From Eledone cirrhosa (taxonomy: Eukaryota): a stretch of 64,000 bases of DNA. Below the pieces are notes generated by a model, which saw nothing but the letters and a program-made list of their open reading frames with translations, was not told the origin of the DNA and ran no database searches. Numbering within the stretch: the stretch's first letter is position 1; every line of letters starts with the position of its first letter. The position numbers were made by a program, and so were the translations under genes. The DNA lies in the NCBI GenBank assembly GCA_964016885.1, contig OZ024760.1:1302001-1366000 (forward strand), in the 5' to 3' direction. Positions 56,895 through 64,000 of the stretch are shown here, one piece after another.

Positions 56895-57202
56895 CACACA
56901 CACACATTCAAACATATACAAACACACTCACACATATCGCATGTGTGAGTGCCCCAAACAATGTATACATACTTTCAACAGCATCCTAATAAATGTGTAT
57001 ACATTTTGGGGGGACACTGTGTGTGTATATATCGTTTGTGTGTGTGTTTGTTGTATATGCATGTATGTGTATGTACATATGTATATGTGTGTGTTTCTTT
57101 GAGAGACAGATCAAAAGGTGAGATCCTTACTGTTTCCTTATTTTTCTTTCTCTTTCCTTATTAACTTTACTTGTGTGTGTGTATATATATATGTATATAT
57201 TA

Positions 57203-57749
57203 GTCGTTGGCGACTAAACTGGCAACCCCACCAAGGTTTCTTGGTGAGGAGGGTGACTTTGGACATCCTGCAGGACTAAAAACAAAACCTGTCAAAGGGC
57301 AAAGGAGCTCTTAAGAGTCAATGGCCATCCAAAATCACCGGGAGAGATGACCCCTTAGCCTTTGTCAAGGCAGAATTCTAGGAGAAGGAAAACTCTGATA
57401 TAACACCTGCAACCCTGATGGTATCCAATGATGTTGACTTGTTATTCTTTTTGGTAAATATCATCTTGGTTAAGAGAGTGGGACTGGCTTTGTGCAGTGC
57501 CTTTGCTCACTATAAAAGCTTCACAGCACAGGCATTGCTTTACATCTGGAGATCTCTCTGCAGTTGTCGTCACATGGTACCATGGGCCCAGCACTATGTG
57601 TCAATAATTGTCACAAGTGTAGTGTTTGTACCAGAGTTTTCAAGTCACTGGCTGAGACTAAAAAGTCACACTCGTTCAGCGCATCGGTAGGGGTTCTCCT
57701 ACATGGATATAAAGTAGTGGCCGTACTCGAAAACGAGTTGGCAGCCACC
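57203..57749 (+). mobile_element. Second, 5'-truncated copy of the 43793 element
   Basis: Collinear and highly similar by eye. Confidence 0.85.
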
Positions 57750-57755
57750 ATATAT

Positions 57756-57797
<42 letters not shown>

Positions 57798-57828
57798 TAT
57801 ATGTAATACAGTTTGCGTAGTGAATATC

Positions 57829-57864
<36 letters not shown>

Positions 57865-57889
57865 AGTGTGTGTGTGTGTGTGTGTGTGT

Positions 57890-57980
<91 letters not shown>

Positions 57981-58123
57981 ATGGTATGTATGGTGTTACC
58001 GCGCGCGTGTGGTGCGTGTATATTCACTGGTATGTGTGTATATAGGTAATGACATGTTTCTGTGGTATTTTTGCGCGTGTATTTGTATGGTATGTAATAT
58101 GTATATATAATTTACTCTACATG

Positions 58124-58210
<87 letters not shown>

Positions 58211-58637
58211 AGTGGCGATGGTTGTGGGGGCGAAAAACTGTTTAAGTCAAGTTCCTTTTGAAGAAATACTTGTTACTAAAGACTACAAAGAAACCCAGCT
58301 AATAAGATGGGGGATGGTGGGAGGTAGGGACTCATACGTGGGTGTACGTGTGTATACATGTATATATATATATATACACACACAAATATGTGTAAACATG
58401 TATGCATTTGTGTTCGTGTGTATGTATGTTTATATATATATATATATACAGAGAGAGCGAGATGAACTTGTATAAATATTCATAAACAGTTGTGTGCGTG
58501 TATATATAAATATACGCATTCATATATAGGTCATTGCTCTGGTCGCTCTTACCACACATTCTGTTTGCCCCATAGTCTGGAGAGATGGCCATAGCTTGAC
58601 CTTGAAGCTTAGGGTAACACTTTAGTATTCTGGTGGC

Positions 58638-58822
58638 TTGGCAGTATCGGTAGAGGGTCGGACGCCATGCTTTGACGTATAGAGTTACGACGGCCCTTGC
58701 CATTCTGAGTTTAAATCTCGCCGAGGTTAACTTTGCCTTTCATCCTTACGGGGTCGATAAAATAAAGTACCAGTAATGCACTGGGTAATTGCTGACCTTG
58801 TGTCAAAAGTAGAAACAATTAT
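58638..58822 (+). mobile_element. SINE family 1, full length
   Basis: A and B boxes, body and tail. Confidence 0.9.
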
Positions 58823-58844
58823 TCTGTGTATGAACGTATGAATA

Positions 58845-59255
58845 AATTATATATTATCTGCATGATGTGGAAAATATTCTATCAGCATTGCCCAAATAAT
58901 GTTGGCATCACCTTTAAGGTATACTCAATTCTTGGGCCCCGTGCTATCCGCCCACGACAAAAATCTCACTCTCATCTCATAACAACAATACAGCACAATT
59001 ATTTCACCTCAGTTGGCCCCCGCTCTCTTTAACATTACACCAAAACACGCATTAAAACAGAAACAGACCCCATAAAGTTCAAGAAGTCTTTGGATAAATT
59101 TCCTTCAAGAAATCCCGGATATGTCTCCGTAAACTATAACTCTCTGCTCGAGTGGGCCATGGTGCCCAAATCCTGATTTGACAGACTTTGCTTTGTGGTG
59201 CTATTTAGTCAGACATGGCCTGGGGCCAATACTGGTCGAAACCTATCAAGGTTAT
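58845..59255 (+). mobile_element. CR1/L2-group LINE 3' fragment, frameshifted
   Basis: YII.MWKI...CPN...LGPR...GP.LFN..P...FKKSLDKFL...PGY...NSLLEW, typical of a CR1-type ORF2 C-terminus. Confidence 0.78.
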
Positions 59256-59269
59256 TATATATATATTAG

Positions 59270-59485
59270 TGAAGGCGTGTGGCTGAGTGGTTAGAGAATT
59301 GGATTCGCAATCGTAAGGTTGTGAGTTCGATTTCTGGACCAGGCGATGCGTTATGTCCTTGAGCAAGACACTTTATTTCACGTTGCTCCTTCTACCTGGA
59401 GTTGCGACCGATAGATAGTATTAGCAATTGGAAAGACCAACGGAAACATTGTTCCCTCGGTCCGATTTGACGAAAGTCGATCGTT
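59270..59485 (+). mobile_element. tRNA-derived SINE family 2
   Basis: TGGCTGAGTGG, GAGTTCGATT, gtccttgagcaagacact. Confidence 0.87.
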
Positions 59486-59514
59486 TAAGAGATATATTCT
59501 GTGTAGTCTACCCT

Positions 59515-59615
59515 TTGTTTCCGAAGAAGACGGTTTGATCGTATACAGTTATATAACTGCTCTAGATCAGACAATATGTCAATATGATGAACCCTCCGAA
59601 ACGTTCGTAAAACAA
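59515..59615 (+). ncRNA. Type I hammerhead (family E), U4C core variant, long stem II
   Basis: ttgttt-CCGAAGA-70 nt-GAAA-cgttcg-TA-aaacaa; the 41681 copy has palindromic cgatcg. Confidence 0.72.
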
Positions 59616-59708
59616 TGATATGAATAGGTAAAATAACTCGACTTTGTTATTATTTCAATTAATAAATCTTTAAGGAATTTCACCAGTCCAGCCTCCTGTC
59701 ATTTTACT

Positions 59709-59780
<72 letters not shown>

Positions 59781-60602
59781 CACATGTGTGTGTGTTAGGT
59801 AATTCCGAAGAAAAAGCAAAGGAAAAAAGAGTGCTCTATGTATAGAACAGAGCTATTTAATTAGAAAGTGAACAACACAAAATATATTATATAGGGTCTT
59901 GAAACTTTTGGTAACGGAGTAATTATATTTTTTTTTTCTCGGCTGTTGGCTCATCACGGTCTGTCCATTGACTGAAACCAGCAAAAAAGTAATGTATGCG
60001 CATCGAAAGCGTCAAACCCACCTTTGGCAGCTGATGAGGGGGTTCTTATATTTTCCTTAAATAAATACACTCTTGTTATATAGGCAGAGAAAGAAAGCGA
60101 CGCTCTCGGCTCGCTTTTTTGGTTTTTGTATTTTCTTCCTGTTTTAATAGCCCGTCACAATTATAATGGTGGTGGTGGTGATGGGGGTGGTGATGATGGC
60201 GGCGGTAGTGGTAGGGGTGGTGATGGCGGTGGTGGGGGTGGTTTGTAATCTAGTGTTTGTGGTGGTGATGACGGTGTTAACGATGTTGGCACTGATATTG
60301 GTTATCAGCAGTTCTGGTAGTAGTGGTAGTAGTGGTAGAGGCGGCGGTAGTGGTAGTGGTGGTGGCGGCTGGTAGTTTTAAATAGATGTTCGGTTGTGTG
60401 TGTGTGTGGGGGGGGGGGATAGCAAATGGGAAAAGGTGTGTGTGTATGGGGGGGGGGGGTTATATTTCTTGTTACTCTCCTCGCTTCCTCACTATTAATG
60501 GTGTTGTTGTTGCCGCTGTTGTTGTTTAGCCCTAGGTCAAACTTTGTCCATCGGACCTCTGTGTCATCATCCTCACCTATTTGCCGTTATGTTAGCTATA
60601 AT

Positions 60603-61305
60603 GGCAGTGGATTGACAGAATCGCTAGAGCGTCAGACACCGTCCTTTGCAGCATATGGTTACGTCTTTTTACGTTCTAGGTTCAAGGTCGGACGCCATGC
60701 TGTGCAGCATAGAGTTACGGCCCTTGGTGATCTGAGTTCAAATCCCGCTGTGGTTAACTTTGCTTTTCATCATTATGGGATCGATAAAATAAAGTACCAG
60801 TATTGATCTTTGATCTTTAAACTCTGCTGTTGGTGATCGAACTTTATGGAGAAAAATATCTCATGTTGATGCGCAGTCTGCAACTGACAGAGTTTAGCGT
60901 CAAAGTACCAGTAATGCATTGGGGTGATTGCTGGCCTTGTGACAAAAGTATGGCAGTATCGGTAGAGGGTCGGACGCCATGCTTTCCAGCATAGTTACGT
61001 CCCTTTACGATCTGAGTTCAAATCCCGCCGAGGTTGACTTTGCCTTTCATCCTTACGGGGTCGATAAAATAAAGTACCAGTAATGCACTGGGTAATTACT
61101 GGCCTTGTGCCTAAAGTAGAAACAAGTATCAGGAGAGGGTCGGACACTGCTTTGCAGCATAGTCACTTACGGCCCTTTATGATCTGAGTTCAAATCCCGC
61201 CCCGGTTAACTTTGCCTTTCATCATTACGGGGGTCGATGAAATAAAGTACCAGTAATGCACTGGGTAATTTGCTGGCCTTGTGCCAAAAGTAGAAACAAT
61301 TATTA
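60603..61305 (+). mobile_element. Tandem cluster of about four SINE family 1 copies
   Basis: Repeated heads and bodies; one copy is interrupted at about 60805-60900. Confidence 0.87.
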
Positions 61306-61554
61306 TTATATATCGTGGTGTGAGTGCGTATTTGTTTGTATGTCTGTGTGTGTATGTGTGTGTGTGTGTGTGTCTGTATGTGCGTGTGTGTGTGTGTGTG
61401 AATCAACCCCTCCGGGCCTCATGGTTTAAATGTCCCCCCTGTATTGATTTGATTATTTTGCCAGTCGTGGTGGTCATTGTCTTTCTTCTTAAAATACATT
61501 AATACCCACAGCGGATACCCGTCTCTTACCTGCTGACCACCACACAAATCCGTT

Positions 61555-61978
61555 CACCACCACCACCACCACCGCCACTACCAACAACACCACCGCCGCC
61601 ACCACCACCAACACTACCGCCGCCACCACCACCAACACTACCAACAACACCGCCACCAACACCACCAACACTACCAACAACACCACCAACACCACCACCA
61701 CCAACACTACCACCAACACCACCACCAACACCACCACCAACACTACCACCAACACCACCACCAACACTACCACCAACACCACCACTGACACCACAACCGC
61801 CACTACCACCAACACCACCAACACCACCACCAACACTACCAACACCAACACTACCACCGCCACCACCACCAACACCAACACCACCACCAACACTGCCACC
61901 AACACCACCACCACCAACACCACCAACACCAACACCGCCACTGCCACCACCAACACCACCACCACCACCAACACCGCC
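61555..61978. repeat. (CAC/CAA)n microsatellite
   Basis: Direct reading. Confidence 0.92.
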
Positions 61979-62904
61979 TACGCGTTGTGTTGTCTGCCAA
62001 GCAAACTGAATCCGAAAAAAAAAAAAATAAATAGGAATTAACATCACCACCTTCTACCCATCGTACCCCTACCTCCCCCACCCTCTATCCCTGCCCTGCC
62101 CCCACCCATCGCCCCTCAGCACTTTTCTGGATCATTATTTGTATAGTGAAGGGGCAGAAGCAGTGCCCTCTATTTATTTGTCCCCCCCCCCTCCCTCACC
62201 CCCACCATAGCCGACAGGCTGGCTGCCTGTCTGAGGGTGGGAGATGGTGGTGGGGTGGGACTGGACTGGGCCTGCAGCAGGAAAGCAGGCAGGCAACCTG
62301 GTGGGACTGGGGACTATATGTAGGGGTAGGAGGGCAAGCACTTTGCTCTGCCTGCCTGCCTGATTGGTGGTGATGGTGATAGTAGTACTGGTGGTGGTGG
62401 TGGTGGTGTTAGTGCTTGTGATGGTGGTACTGGTGGTGCTGCTAGTGGTTGTGTTGGTGGTGATACTCTGGTGCTTGTGGTGGTGGTGGTGGTGTTAGTG
62501 CGTGTGATGGTGGTAGTACTGATGGTGGGCTATATAAATACGTGTATGTGTCATGTACATGCACGTGGCCCCATGTCCAAAACATACATACACACATGCA
62601 TACATGGACACACATACACATACATGCACACACATATATACATACATACATGCACACACATATATAAATATATACATACGCACATACATACATGCATGCA
62701 TGCACACACAGATACATGCACACTCACATACACACACACATACACACCCACACATTACATCTTTAGTGACTCCCAGGGTGTAATTTTATTCTCTCTCTTT
62801 CTTTCCCTCTCTCCCTTTTTTCTCTCTTTCTTTCCCTCTCTGTCCTCTTTTCCTCTCTCTTTTCTCTCACATATATTTCTTGTACTGTGGCCATGTTGGG
62901 CCAC

Positions 62905-63082
62905 AGCCAGTATCGGTAGAGCGTCGGACGCCATGCTTTGATGTATAGAGTTACGGCCCTTGCCATTCTGAGTTCAAATCCCGCCAAGGTTCTTTGCCTT
63001 TCATCCTTACGGGGTCGATAAAATAAAGTACCAGTAATGCACTGGGTAATTGCTGGCCTTGTGCCTAACGTAGAAACAATTA
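62905..63082 (+). mobile_element. SINE family 1
   Basis: Consensus match. Confidence 0.9.
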
Positions 63083-63156
63083 ATTTGGTATTGACGCTGG
63101 AACTTAATTTTTTGAAGCCTAATACTTATTTCATTGATCCATATATGTATGTCTAT

Positions 63157-63224
<68 letters not shown>

Positions 63225-63227
63225 GTA

Positions 63228-63276
<49 letters not shown>

Positions 63277-63329
63277 GTATGTCTATACATATATATATAT
63301 ATATATATATGTGTGTATGTATACATCAT

Positions 63330-63755
63330 CATTATACACCCATTTTTCCACTCTAGCTTGGATTAGACAAGTTTTCCCTTTATGAGATAGGCTAGGTCAA
63401 GTGACTATATCTTACTTATACAGAACTGATTTCGGCTGGATGCCCTTCCTAATGCCAGCCACATTTACAGTGTGGGTGGGCCGGGCGCTTTTTGTCCTGA
63501 CACTTACACAACCACCTTACAGTGTGAACTGGATGTTTTTCGTTGTAACATCAACACGACCACTTTACAGTGTGGGCGCTTTTAGTTATGTCACATTTTT
63601 ATACAGCTGGCCCCCTGTCCCCCTTCATATACATCACATGTTCATACCAATGCAATCTCCACTCCTTCACACTTCATCTGTTTCCTCTTATGCCTAGTTT
63701 CTCTCTGAGTTCACGTCTATAACTATAACACATCCATCAGAGCAGGCAAGCTTCA
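63330..63755 (-). mobile_element. RTE-tailed SINE-like element adjoining a decayed RTE fragment
   Basis: cggctggatgcccttcct motif; minus strand near 63625-63680 encodes VKEWRLHWYEHVM (RLRWYGHV-like). Confidence 0.65.
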
Positions 63756-64000
63756 TTTCTTTTAAATAAATGTGTAGGTATGCTCCTGTAACTCCTAATA
63801 GCCGTAGGAGTGCCGTACTGACATCTGGGCATTTTTAAGCCTGGCCGGAGCCCATTCCTCTCCAGGCCTGAGTAAATCAGATTTCTCTCAGAGAAAGATA
63901 GAAAGTGGGAGAGAGGAAATGATAAAGAGATATAGAGGAAGAATCAACCCCAGTACTAAACTGGTACTTTTTTTTATTGACCTCGAAAGGATGAAAGGCA

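Noticed and set aside
59270-59345. tRNA gene
   Set aside because: tRNA-like head continues into a SINE body, has no acceptor stem and is multicopy.
60027-60075. gcag-CTGATGA-ggggg...cctt-AAA motif
   Set aside because: G12, stem III and stem I are all imperfect; not supportable without homologues.

Overview
Non-genic or intronic, AT-rich eukaryotic DNA dominated by microsatellites, minisatellites and short mobile elements. The tRNA-derived SINEs and (TA)n/(CA)n density resemble octopod cephalopod genomes; this is inference from recall, not a database match. Almost all supplied ORFs are repeat artefacts, and only weak candidate exons of host genes were found. Recognisable content: two tRNA-SINE families, an RTE-tailed SINE-like family, RTE and CR1-type LINE fragments, and hAT, piggyBac-like, pogo-like and mariner-like MITEs. 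The main signal is at least six unrelated short elements embedded in (TA)n/(CA)n tracts that carry type I hammerhead ribozyme motifs (stem I-CUGANGA-stem II-GAAA-stem III-UH-stem I), mostly with palindromic stem III and arranged as fold-back palindromes, as expected for pseudo-LTRs of Penelope-like elements or retrozymes. One family (about 12 copies) is always truncated or folded back at stem II and keeps only half the ribozyme. One locus has hammerhead strands in a non-canonical order. Two large tandem arrays appear to have grown from transposon ends. All pairings were read by eye; no folding or homology search was run.
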